This document shows, one piece after another, positions 42,701 through 49,700 of a stretch of 64,000 bases of DNA; the first letter of the stretch is position 1; every line of letters starts with the position of its first letter. The DNA comes from an uncultured Clostridia bacterium (GTDB taxonomy: Bacteria > Bacillota > Clostridia > TANB77 > CAG-508), in assembly GCA_947585105.1 (NCBI GenBank), contig CANPWV010000003.1, positions 221 through 64,220 of the forward strand, read 5' to 3'. The notes beneath the pieces are model-generated. The model worked only from the letters and a program-made list of their open reading frames with translations, did not search any database and was not told where the DNA came from. A program made the translations under genes and the position numbers.

Positions 42701-43312
42701 TTCTACAGCATCGTCTAAACTACCAGTATAAGCTGATGGTTGTCCATTTTCATATATTATTAAAGATGATGTTTCTTGATTTGGTCCCATACCCAAAGCT
42801 TTTTCCATCTTCATTTCAGCGATGATATAAGCTTCTTTTGGTGTAGCAATATGTCTTTCTATTATTTTATAGAAACCTATTGTATAATGTTGATAAGTAG
42901 CTTTATCAAAATCATTTATTGGTTCATCAAGAATTTTATATCTTATTATAGAACCCACTTTATACTCTGGAGTACCTTCTTCGCTATCAAATGATCTTCC
43001 CATGTAGATATCAAAAGCTCCTAAGGCATCTGAGCCAGTTACTCTAAGATCTTTATAATCTTTAATTTCACCTTTTAATTTAGTTCCTTTTTGACAACAT
43101 AAAATATCATAATAATCTATTAAATCTTCGTATGTCAAAAATGTTGGATTTTTTCTCTCTTTTTCTATTGGAGAATAAATCTCAGCTGGAACAAACATAG
43201 CTTTAGCTTTTACAACTAAAAGAGCTGTAAATATAGATAGCATCATAAATAATACTATTAATAATTTTTTATTAAATTGTTTTATTTCGTTTTTGCTTTC
43301 CATATTAAACAC
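33758..43312 (-). CDS. giant cell-surface protein B2 (3184 aa). Order: signal/TM, Cys-containing head, 10 CnaB-like modules, SdrD-B-like and DUF11-like domains, SPPTG anchor
   Basis: uninterrupted 9.6-kb ORF overlapping the upstream gene by 8 nt; C-terminal half collinear with protein A2. Confidence 0.85.
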   Translation of the reverse strand: MFNMESKNEIKQFNKKLLIVLFMMLSIFTALLVVKAKAMFVPAEIYSPIEKERKNPTFLTYEDLIDYYDILCCQKGTKLKGEIKDYKDLRVTGSDALGAFDIYMGRSFDSEEGTPEYKVGSIIRYKILDEPINDFDKATYQHYTIGFYKIIERHIATPKEAYIIAEMKMEKALGMGPNQETSSLIIYENGQPSAYTGSLDDAVEIPLSTGESVYVVNQQYVIDTGSGSYYVSLAKDSNGNPYYVYSTDENGNLMPYEGDFSYKDPQNGEENSAVGASGQNVYYSNNGNLEVGDMVAASSGTVYLVDYSLVVNQNDNYFYAEVEGEYSYIQIAWWTTIAGTCGGTVSPVAPNSLSKEAEAFEDYILEITKKSSIYELQYELQEFAIDEGNGNVTIDSVEAPVIEYEPKFNDDADQNGIINEADEVTVSFNYLTNKYVIGPYSLDYVKEIAEIAGRNRVEFSVISDVTLLSNLGVLEFEKDWNFLFLADQARDLNEDYKYPNPNEVFYIEINYMEDLTEIENFEFEFKYMNAGAVLDIYQGFYKDVTWTAKYIDHTHEERDILGRTYTVFDYRESYLECTSVVPRDSQMLAHGLKGARWYEYTTCEKGFSINSGSITIEKRTFDDQGNFIPVNGTYYFKLFVNGMEFQELAVRTVNGYGTATSIPIVWSDDEGAPSYQVVELGITRNNGPWSGVVNDGQNIVITAENYIEANRGWLRVDKRLLNPTPAMENELFHFQVYVTGRFGYMGGPIMEYTSNNPFVQDFYLRGGQSANFGEFRWYGPAPKYRVVEIIPDGADYELVNGVINNGIGYLRNSNVPVVATATNSPTTNWTVIEVDKRFVSETAPQPGEVFRATLTVTGEFGYNGDQIRTRTETFDVDLDSSNNWKWNSAKIVWRKGNIPSYTISEYENEMPEGTKFVSISDEIRTGLINNFSSTLTPEKTLIIITNDRVNKMTGKLQINKVGETEDLFGKEFQFKVNVTGNFEYKGTKYTKDGSGYEEIVTVKIPEKTTDENEKDSLPIGEWLSDEFTWEESDGAPTYTVEEIEIPIGYSFVSISNGDKTVTSSHSISGELKGTLKKTVNDSPSKVVVTCTNKGNGKNAHIVIIKESENESIDDFIFSFRVTITGTFRYYSATESGEYTQYTNETLVLDARAVCGGEDWVSELITWNEDDPAPRYTVEEISLPANIEFVSISNREKTSSSTKIEGVVSEGTDYNYITAINKPGDKFIDGSIRISKKSSSDLQGRIFKFNLEVTGTFDYAGRHYENETYTLNNIEIEANGNPWVSGVFVWDEDGEAPEYTVTEVVDGFDTEGIKFISISNETEIGEGNSITGNLKLNEPVKIVAINYGKDQPKGSHIEITKEVLNENLKGREFYFNVKVTSTEPFRYHDLEDATKITEYPAGAVVEFNHVIVIADERDWVSGYFEWDGDVAPTYEISEITSEFPNDVFTVSIRKDTEIIVKELDNKSGEDLTITGSLVGDITHIIAVNDCNDEKPVSGKIVIEKKALSEIISGEEFNFTLTIEGKFKYNGKEYRKLEIKDIKITADGPVWTSEEIVWDERDDAPTYTVTEESATFADGVKFVSIRNAHQTNTQPAITGVVEPHFNNWVIAENTFAGYDKGRIQIHKVLLDDNGNQIDGVEFTFKVTVTYSDGTTDEKTVTVTSGGYWRSDWYVWSKKETAPTYEVVEIDNDGYRVEYKQNSGTLEALEDGKTGIVSVVATNYYQNTHQAQIRVNKNLKVNDKVSEDDVSVSFTMLVKVTGKFMYKGTAYNNETLTLKVMVSKDTNWTWLSDTFTWNGDEAPVFAVDEPSSDLPVGWHLVSTQSSSQDNTLPDGGVAVVDVTNEWKYDEELILTMKIGGKVWDDTNRAVGKPEDTRENGVIDDGEAGIENVKVTVYRALVDKSSGKVVGRLDGVFAYDENNLRTRIDPVTYTDGNGNWNFGAISVPAFTEDEFEAYGDSYCVTYDVEFEYDGQTYEPTEFLATAGGNAKSYVGADSSNNMYSDVENRWSTIINSSTSERDKYLNDSMAVDNEGERQAFNNSFSDIQGKDPIDVEGNTTGTTGSGKELNYTSVDSISFFNSDNSRKISTLVTTDEDGMIYDDLKIKACTSNADLTFPFYTQDPNYDKTAWHLRGWDKTITDVFKITYKFEAVYNYCLSINLGLVEREATDLALEKDLTEALVVVNGKALKYRFNSAIDLSDPNNKELLYKQLAVADAQVEYKLGLYKGDYYYRAEVYNGSEAGNQLAGFYNGKFGVNLDVTEMEVYLKYTINVYNQSDTYDVTVGEVADYYDDSFTLIDKQEFRYVQDVNGKEVNDQIVVGEPSSVTYYTSGNQASGTSGVTWTRGQSYSGSDGVTYNKLTTSSLAGRKLATGERASILVTFKVNRDSVDNSGLTDLIRLGDKHNTAEITKFTSYYSSKSTNRWSSPAQISGRVDEDSAPDNINITNYNEKQYYEDDTDSAPIITIGISDENRILNGIVWEDSQTRDIGSGQVVGNGLYNPEEGDKLINDLTVEIYESISIPKGDGSYEEYLFAWPKTMTVNGQTIDIPTVTGGFRQSTVTENGEYSFVNMPAGNYKVRYVYGDKEVFTGNQDSLVVYNGQDYKSTAYQIGFDNDKDGDGYVDNEWHDLSNSSLSDLRVNDARDDEARRLYISAQSEMLTNPNTTLLATADVKDADHTDLFGNYQEAKLTDPVKGSGQYMYSETAKINLGVENTYKIDNSRTENVGGVEIGLIDGKATQTGRDVGTEHITYTVGNIDCGIEERSKTKITLDKQIKQITLMTSDNKVILDAIYDISYTLKDDGSIAATVSLNEEASTNFDHITSLNRNGKNNQGYRYLIVDSEILQGTQIQVKYQFTIFNMSETDRISKDLENLWTMIDTTNIDMNTLQSEAFESALAKVSTHTYKDDTRVYEGKNVGYGTYFGSVYYLGSQGVGVRPDETIVKTKVHQMLDYIDPDVEFTDMNNISRDQSWTTTQIEYLLENKLIDPSTVQILDTDGRVTGKTANDTLADGERYSIISDKLQEYIVGSKNNIVLTMENGESQDTGSNPSFIKFLEPYRLSKNTNRSTGSMTLTVSRFYSSESDANDIDNLAEIVKFENTAGRRDARNIAGNANPYQLDGDEPIGIYAVANNGKEKDASATEVITLSPPTGLSPVESRTTQLIIVVLIAVIMVAVAIVIIKKKVLVRH
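33872..33886 (-). other. SPPTG sorting-signal-like motif followed by TM segment and KKK tail
   Basis: ITLSPPTGLSPVESRTTQLIIVVLIAVIMVAVAIVIIKKKVLVRH. Confidence 0.55.
37785..41485 (-). repeat. array of 10 tandem CnaB/SpaA-like Ig modules (about 120 aa each)
   Basis: each unit starts G-x-(I/L)-x-(I/V)-x-K (GSITIEKR, GWLRVDKR, GKLQINKV, GSIRISKK, GKIVIEKK, GRIQIHKV, AQIRVNKN). Each has an AP(T/S/E)Y-x-V-x-E core and ends (T/A/V)-x-N. Confidence 0.65.
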
Positions 43313-46300
43313 CTCCTTTAATTACTTTTTTGGATTTTATTTTCAGAACCACAATCATTACAGCAATTCCTAATAATACGATTGTTGTAATTATTACTGA
43401 GATATAGATAAATACCTCACCAGTTCCTACTGATAAGTAACTATCAGCTCTAGCAAAATCGTCTTCGTTCTGTGATTTATTTCCAGGTGTAGAATCTAAA
43501 TCAGATACACCATAAATATTATAATCTTCAACGATTTCAGCTGTATTTGATACAGCGCCGAAATTATCATCATTCATTTGTCTTGTAAGAACTAACTTAA
43601 ATGTCTTTGTCTCACCTGGAATAATTTCTACATCTGACAAACTTGTTGTATATAAAATTCCATCTGAACCTGTATACCAATCTTGGTTCATTCCTGAATT
43701 AAACTCCATACCATCTGGAATATAATCAGCTATTTTTTTAGCATAACCTGAAACTTCACCTTCGTTTTTAACTGTTAATGTATATTCAATATAAACACTT
43801 GAACCTTCAACTTGTTTTGAACGAATTTCAGTTTTAGTTAATTTACTATTATCAAAAGTTTTTGTTTCAGTTCCTTTTGAAGTATTTGTTGTTATTTTTG
43901 AAATTCCCATATCTAAGCTTAAGTCAAATTTTAAAGCTTCAATTAAACCAATATCTATATTTGAAACACTGCCATCTTCTATAGTAACTACTCTAGTAAC
44001 AGCACCATTTCTTATAATTCCTTCTTCCTCAATTCTTGTTGTAATAACATCTGAGTTTACATTTTGAGCTACATTTTCTTTTTGATATGTTGTAACAGTA
44101 TATAAAACTGTATCATAATCAAATACTATAATATAATTTCCGTTTTTAACACCTGTAAATGTATATTCACCATTTGAATTTGTAATTGTACTGTCTTTAA
44201 TTACTGTACTATCAGAATCAACTAATGTAGCTTTAATTCCTTTCATTAATTGTTCATCTTCAGTTCTCATACCATCATTGTTTTTATCTAACCAAGCAGT
44301 ACCAGAAATTTTATATGTTTTTGTAATTGATACTGTTCCATCATTTGATGAACTAGCTTGACCAGTAGAATGTTCACCTTGTCCTGAAACTACATTTCCA
44401 GATGATTCTACAATGTGTGTAATCTCATTTGATCTAAGTTCTGAAATATTTGTAGCTGTAACTGTACCATAGTTTGTTACTGAACGTTCTCCTAAACCAT
44501 TTAAGCTTGTAGCTGTAGCTGAAATATTTACTATTAAAGTATCACCAGCAGGAATTGAAACTCCTATTGTAGCTCTATCTTTTTCAGAAACAGCTTTATT
44601 ACCAGCAATTCCCTCTGATACATAAGAAATTGATTTTATGACTAATCCATCTGGAACATAATCGATAAATCTAGCGTTTTGAGCTGTAACTGAACCTTCA
44701 TTTTTAACTGTGAATTGGTAATTTATAGTTTCTCCTTCTTTTACATAAGAATTTGTTGTAGTAGATGTTTGTTTTATAACAAGTGATGGTCTACCCACAA
44801 AATATTCTATATTTCCAGAAGTATATTCTAATGTTCCATCAGCTTTTGTATTAGCTGACATAAATACTTGTTGTTTTGTAACATTTGGATCAATATCTGT
44901 AACTTCTAATTGAAGTTTCAAACTCTTAATATCTAATGAACGAATATCACCAATTTTCCAAGTTACTGTTCTTGTAGCTTCATTATATTCAGCTTTTGTA
45001 ACATCTATAACGTCTGTTCCATTTTCAGCAAAACCTAAAACAGATCCATCCATAAATTTGAAACAATTTGGGATTTTTAATGTAGCAACTGAATTATGAA
45101 GTTCTTTATCAGTTAAGTTTTGAACTCTTATGTATAATTTAGCATCACAGCCTTTGAACATTATATCGTCCATAACTGTAGATTCAATATATACTCTCAT
45201 TTCAGCATGTTCTAATCTAACTGTTTTTTCTTCAGTTTTCAAAGTTGTATCTAAATCTGTAGCTGTTACTAAAGAATAAACATTGATATCTATGTTTTGT
45301 TTTATATCATCATAAAATCTTCCAACACTAACAGTTAATTTAAATTCAGCTGTATCTCCAACTTCTAGAGCTGGTAATCTATATTCAACTTCTGAATTAG
45401 AATTATTAAATGTAACATTATTTTTGTTACTAGCGTTTGAAACAAATTCTGTATGTTCTGGAACTGGAATTGTAACTACTATATTGTTTGCTGTAGTTTT
45501 TCCAGTATTTGTAACTTTTGATGTAATTTCTAATTCTTCATATTCTGTTAATCTATCTTTATTAACTACTGTTTCAAAATCAAATTGTGGACCTTCACCA
45601 GTAATTAAACCAACTAAGTCTGCTTTAGATACATCATCTATATCAGCAACTTCAGTATGATTTGTATAATATGTAGCAAATGTTCCATAAATCTCAACAT
45701 TGTGTTCTAGATTTCCTGGAATTTCATATTCATAAGTAAATCTTAATTTTGAAGCAGGTTGCATTCTATAATCTGAATTTACTGGAACAATTAAGAATGA
45801 TTTTACATTATCAAGAGATTCTAATGAATCTGTCCAACCATTTGAACTATCATTTAAATCTTTTGTAGCTTCTCCATTTTCAGAATAATAATATAAGAAG
45901 TTTTCTTCATTTAAATCAGCTGGAACTAAGTTTGATACCATTCTTCCAGTTATATTAGTTCCTAAATCTTCTCCAGTTGTTATATCTTTAACACCTTCAA
46001 ATGGAACTCTACCTAAAATAGCGACATTTGAAATATCATTTTTTTCGTTATTCATAACAGTTAATTCTGTTTTTATAACTTTTTTATCTGAATAAATTGC
46101 TATTTCATCTTGAACTTTTCCTTGATTTACACTAGTTATAGTTTTGCTTTCATCTTCACTATAACCAGAAATACTGTTTACACTAACTACTCCACTAGGA
46201 GCTGAATATGTAACAGTTGTAACTGAATAACCCATTTCTTGGTTTTCTTCATTATAATTAGTAGAATCATTATTAATATATGATAATTCAAAGTTTCCTT

Positions 46301-48650
46301 CACTAGCTGGAGCAAATAAATCAACTTTAATATTCATATTCAATATAATGTTTGTACCATTTGAAATAATACCTGAACTTATATATTGTTGTTTTCCTGT
46401 TATAGTAACATCAATATATGAATTTCCTTCATTTTCATAAACTTGAACATTACCTAATTCTAAGCCTTCTCCATATACTATGTTAGAATCTGTAACTTCA
46501 ACACTTTCAACATATTCTGGTAATTTAATTTGAAATCTTGAATCACCATAAACATCTGAATTAATTTTATCGTTGTTAAGTTCGATTTTTAATTCTACAT
46601 TACTATTCATAGCAAGAGTAGACAAACTACTTTGTCCTAGTTCTAAGTTTGCAACTGTTTTAGTATCATCTAATTTAACATCTAAACTAGAATTTCCGAC
46701 ATTTACTAAGTCTTCTACATATATATATTTAGCTCTTCCTACTGTATTAATTGTAATTTTATCAAAATTCTTATAATCTTGTTTTTCATAACTTACATCT
46801 GAATAAGCTCTAACTGTAGCAAATATTAAGTTTCCATCATTAATTGGTTTTGAAGTTTCAATTTCAATACTTTTTACTGTATTTTCAAATTTTACTTCAA
46901 TTACTCCATTATCATCTACGCTTGTATCTTTATTAATAGTAAATATTAATTCACCATTATTATAAATATTTACGCTACCTTCTTCTCCAAGGATATTAAT
47001 GAAGTTTTCTCTATTTAATTTTAAAGTTTTATAATATAAATCATTTTGTTCATATATTTCACCTGTTTTTGAAACATAATTATTTCCAAGGTCACTATAA
47101 TATAGACCTTCAACTATATCTTTATAAGAAACGTTAAAGATTAATTTATTATCAATTTCAATTTCATATTTATTTTCATCATTGTTGTAATTCAAATATG
47201 TATAACCTTTTGAAACTGAATTTGTAGTTGTTTCGTTTGTAAATGTAACTATGTTACCTATTTCATCTTTTAAATCTGAAACTACTTCGTTTTCAGAGGT
47301 TAATTTTGTAGTTCCAAATTCATTTAATGTAGAAGTTACTTTTGTAGTAATTTGTCTTTCAGCAATTTCTACATTTTTGTATGTATATGTGATCAAATAA
47401 GTATCAATACCTGATTCACTATAATACATCTCTACTATCGGAGCTGTTTCATCTATCAAGCTATCATTTTCGTTTTGTGTTGAAACAAGTTCTGGTAAAT
47501 TTGATACATTGATAACTATTTTATTATTTTCGCTATCATAAGACCAATTATCATTTCCGAAAACAACTTCATCATTTATCTTTCCAGAAGTTCCAGCTAA
47601 AGATTTTGCAACAACATTAATTGTATCTGGTTTTACACCATCTATTTCTGGAACGCTTATTTCTAAGTTACTATCTTTGATTGGTAATGAGCTGTTATCA
47701 GTAGAACTATCAACATCAACTTGAGTTTGAAGAATTAAACCATTTACACCATCTTGGTTAAATCCTATATACTTAGTAATTTCAGAAGAAGTTTTTACTT
47801 CTCTATCATCTTCCCAAGATAATTTAAGTTCTACAGTTTTTGAAACTTTGATTTCTTCAGCATTATCGTTTATATAAATACCTTCAAACTTAATTTTATT
47901 TGTTTTTGAAATCATAGATTCTTGTACGAATTTTCTGTAATCATAACTAATTGGAAATTCGATTTTCATTTCTGAACCAGAATTTAATTGAACTAATTTC
48001 AATACGTTTGATTCAAAACTTTGAACTTCGTTATTAGATTCTACAAGATTTTCTGTTTCATAGTTTGATGTATTTTCAGTTAATTCTGAATTATCAGTTG
48101 GTTCTTGACCTACCTCTTCTTGATTATCTTGATTTGAATCTTGAATCTCATCTGTTGGATTTTCTTCTGGTAAATCATTTTCACCTATAACAGTTTCATC
48201 TTGATTTACTTCTGGTTCAAGAGCTTCATCACCGCCACCAACAACTGTTTCTGATGTATTTACTTCTACACCATTTCCAGATTCTTTTGATTCCTCTTTT
48301 CGAACTTCGCTATTAATCAAGAAATTCAAATCTTGTCCATCTCCAAATGAGATCTTAGCGTCCTTCAAATAACCACTGTTTTTAACTTTAACAGTAGCTC
48401 CAATTATTAAGTCGTTGTTCTTAACATCTGAGCTAACTGTTTTTAACTTTTTGGAATCTTCGCCGTTTTTGAAATATGAGTCAAACTCTACATTACTACT
48501 ACCGGTATCTCCAGCGTCATCTTGGCTATTACCAAAGATTCCGTCTAAGATAGTAGCAGCATAAGTTTTACCGACTAGCGCAAAATTAGAAAAAGTCATT
48601 GTGAAAATTAAAAACATAGCTATAATCTTCTTTTTCCAGCTTTTCAACAT
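43305..48650 (-). CDS. cell-surface protein B1 (1781 aa). Order: signal peptide, acidic linker, Ig-like/DUF11 repeats, SdrD-B-like domain, SVGTG + TM anchor
   Basis: intact paralog of A1; DUF11-like INYQFTVKNEGSVTAQNARFIDYVPDGLVI; SdrD-B-like ISGTAWLDKNNDGMRTEDE...NGEYTFTGVKNGNYIIVFD. Confidence 0.85.
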   Translation of the reverse strand: MLKSWKKKIIAMFLIFTMTFSNFALVGKTYAATILDGIFGNSQDDAGDTGSSNVEFDSYFKNGEDSKKLKTVSSDVKNNDLIIGATVKVKNSGYLKDAKISFGDGQDLNFLINSEVRKEESKESGNGVEVNTSETVVGGGDEALEPEVNQDETVIGENDLPEENPTDEIQDSNQDNQEEVGQEPTDNSELTENTSNYETENLVESNNEVQSFESNVLKLVQLNSGSEMKIEFPISYDYRKFVQESMISKTNKIKFEGIYINDNAEEIKVSKTVELKLSWEDDREVKTSSEITKYIGFNQDGVNGLILQTQVDVDSSTDNSSLPIKDSNLEISVPEIDGVKPDTINVVAKSLAGTSGKINDEVVFGNDNWSYDSENNKIVINVSNLPELVSTQNENDSLIDETAPIVEMYYSESGIDTYLITYTYKNVEIAERQITTKVTSTLNEFGTTKLTSENEVVSDLKDEIGNIVTFTNETTTNSVSKGYTYLNYNNDENKYEIEIDNKLIFNVSYKDIVEGLYYSDLGNNYVSKTGEIYEQNDLYYKTLKLNRENFINILGEEGSVNIYNNGELIFTINKDTSVDDNGVIEVKFENTVKSIEIETSKPINDGNLIFATVRAYSDVSYEKQDYKNFDKITINTVGRAKYIYVEDLVNVGNSSLDVKLDDTKTVANLELGQSSLSTLAMNSNVELKIELNNDKINSDVYGDSRFQIKLPEYVESVEVTDSNIVYGEGLELGNVQVYENEGNSYIDVTITGKQQYISSGIISNGTNIILNMNIKVDLFAPASEGNFELSYINNDSTNYNEENQEMGYSVTTVTYSAPSGVVSVNSISGYSEDESKTITSVNQGKVQDEIAIYSDKKVIKTELTVMNNEKNDISNVAILGRVPFEGVKDITTGEDLGTNITGRMVSNLVPADLNEENFLYYYSENGEATKDLNDSSNGWTDSLESLDNVKSFLIVPVNSDYRMQPASKLRFTYEYEIPGNLEHNVEIYGTFATYYTNHTEVADIDDVSKADLVGLITGEGPQFDFETVVNKDRLTEYEELEITSKVTNTGKTTANNIVVTIPVPEHTEFVSNASNKNNVTFNNSNSEVEYRLPALEVGDTAEFKLTVSVGRFYDDIKQNIDINVYSLVTATDLDTTLKTEEKTVRLEHAEMRVYIESTVMDDIMFKGCDAKLYIRVQNLTDKELHNSVATLKIPNCFKFMDGSVLGFAENGTDVIDVTKAEYNEATRTVTWKIGDIRSLDIKSLKLQLEVTDIDPNVTKQQVFMSANTKADGTLEYTSGNIEYFVGRPSLVIKQTSTTTNSYVKEGETINYQFTVKNEGSVTAQNARFIDYVPDGLVIKSISYVSEGIAGNKAVSEKDRATIGVSIPAGDTLIVNISATATSLNGLGERSVTNYGTVTATNISELRSNEITHIVESSGNVVSGQGEHSTGQASSSNDGTVSITKTYKISGTAWLDKNNDGMRTEDEQLMKGIKATLVDSDSTVIKDSTITNSNGEYTFTGVKNGNYIIVFDYDTVLYTVTTYQKENVAQNVNSDVITTRIEEEGIIRNGAVTRVVTIEDGSVSNIDIGLIEALKFDLSLDMGISKITTNTSKGTETKTFDNSKLTKTEIRSKQVEGSSVYIEYTLTVKNEGEVSGYAKKIADYIPDGMEFNSGMNQDWYTGSDGILYTTSLSDVEIIPGETKTFKLVLTRQMNDDNFGAVSNTAEIVEDYNIYGVSDLDSTPGNKSQNEDDFARADSYLSVGTGEVFIYISVIITTIVLLGIAVMIVVLKIKSKKVIKGGV
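43419..43433 (-). other. SVGTG motif followed by TM segment and K-rich tail
   Basis: YLSVGTGEVFIYISVIITTIVLLGIAVMIVVLKIKSKK. Confidence 0.35.
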
Positions 48651-48705
48651 AAAATTACCTCCAAACGTTTCCTTTTAAACCCTTTTTTATATTTTTATAT
48701 TATAT

Positions 48706-48734
48706 ATATTACAATAATCAAAAACTTAAATCAA
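48706..48734 (-). promoter_or_regulatory. sigma-A-type promoter of the B1-B2 operon
   Basis: TTGATT (rc of 48729-48734), 17-nt spacer, TAATAT (rc of 48706-48711); GGAGG RBS before ATG 48650. Confidence 0.45.
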
Positions 48735-48933
48735 TAGGTGTTTTTCTCCTAAAATAAGCATCGTTTCGCAATATTTTACGGATATAAAATTTCTCGGGTT
48801 CAAATTTTCTTTTATAAAATTTTGATTACAAAATATAACAGTATATGAGAGTCCTAATTTACACCCATACATTTTCTATTATACACGTTTATGTCAACTT
48901 TTTCAATAGTTTTTACCAATTTTTTGATATTTT

Positions 48934-48962
48934 TTCGACATTTTCAACACTTTCTTGTCGAA
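48934..48962. promoter_or_regulatory. inverted pair of Spo0A-box heptamers
   Basis: TTCGACA (48934-48940) and TGTCGAA (48956-48962), both perfect to the TGNCGAA consensus, 15-nt spacer. Confidence 0.35.
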
Positions 48963-49088
48963 TTTTGTCATAAAAGTAAAGTTTACACTTGAATTATTTT
49001 AACTTTTTTAAACTTTTTAAAAAAATTACACAACATTACGGAACAGCTTTCATATACTATATTAGTTAAATTTATAGGAGGTTTTCAA

Positions 49089-49226
49089 ATGGAAAATAAT
49101 ATAGATTTTAATAAAATCTTGGAAACACTATCAAAAATGGACAAAAATGAACTTGAAAGCAAATTAAAACAAGCTCAAACAATTTTGAATTCAAAAAATA
49201 TAGATACTAATAATTTTCCAAAATAG
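49089..49226 (+). CDS. small hypothetical protein, 45 aa
   Basis: ATG 7 nt after AGGAGG; MENNIDFNKILETLSKMDKNELESKLKQAQTILNSKNIDTNNFPK. Confidence 0.4.
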   Translation: MENNIDFNKILETLSKMDKNELESKLKQAQTILNSKNIDTNNFPK

Positions 49227-49243
49227 TATAGGGAGGCGAAAAC

Positions 49244-49603
49244 TTGGAGGAAAATAATTCTAAAGGCGAACCAGATTTAAGTGATGTAATCGGAAAATTT
49301 AAAGATATTCTAAAGGAAAAAGATATAAATCTTGGAAAAATACTAGGAGATGAAGAAGATAAAAGTGATCCTTTAGATTTTGACTTTGATTTAGATACTA
49401 TACTAAAATTTAAAAGTATTTATCAAAAAATTAATGATAATAATAATTCCAGAAATCGCCTCCTTTACTCTTTAAAGCCATTTTTAAGAGATTCTAGAAA
49501 GAAAAAATTAGATGAATACATAAAAATTGCGAATCTTATCGGAGTCATCGGAATAATAAATGATATGAATTCTTCAAGAAATGATGGTGATTTTAATGGA
49601 TGA
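49244..49603 (+). CDS. hypothetical protein, 119 aa (TTG start)
   Basis: GGGAGG RBS at 49231-49236; acidic N-terminal half, basic C-terminal half; no family recognised. Confidence 0.5.
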   Translation: MEENNSKGEPDLSDVIGKFKDILKEKDINLGKILGDEEDKSDPLDFDFDLDTILKFKSIYQKINDNNNSRNRLLYSLKPFLRDSRKKKLDEYIKIANLIGVIGIINDMNSSRNDGDFNG

Positions 49604-49700
49604 TGCTTTAATTATTTCACTATTGTTCTTACTTTACAAAGAAAAAAACACAGACTATTCATTATATCTGGTTTTATTAATGATTTTATTAACAAAATAG
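49596..49700 (+). CDS. small hydrophobic peptide, 34 aa
   Basis: ATGGATGA start/stop overlap with the upstream ORF; MDDALIISLLFLLYKEKNTDYSLYLVLLMILLTK. Confidence 0.3.
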   Translation: MDDALIISLLFLLYKEKNTDYSLYLVLLMILLTK

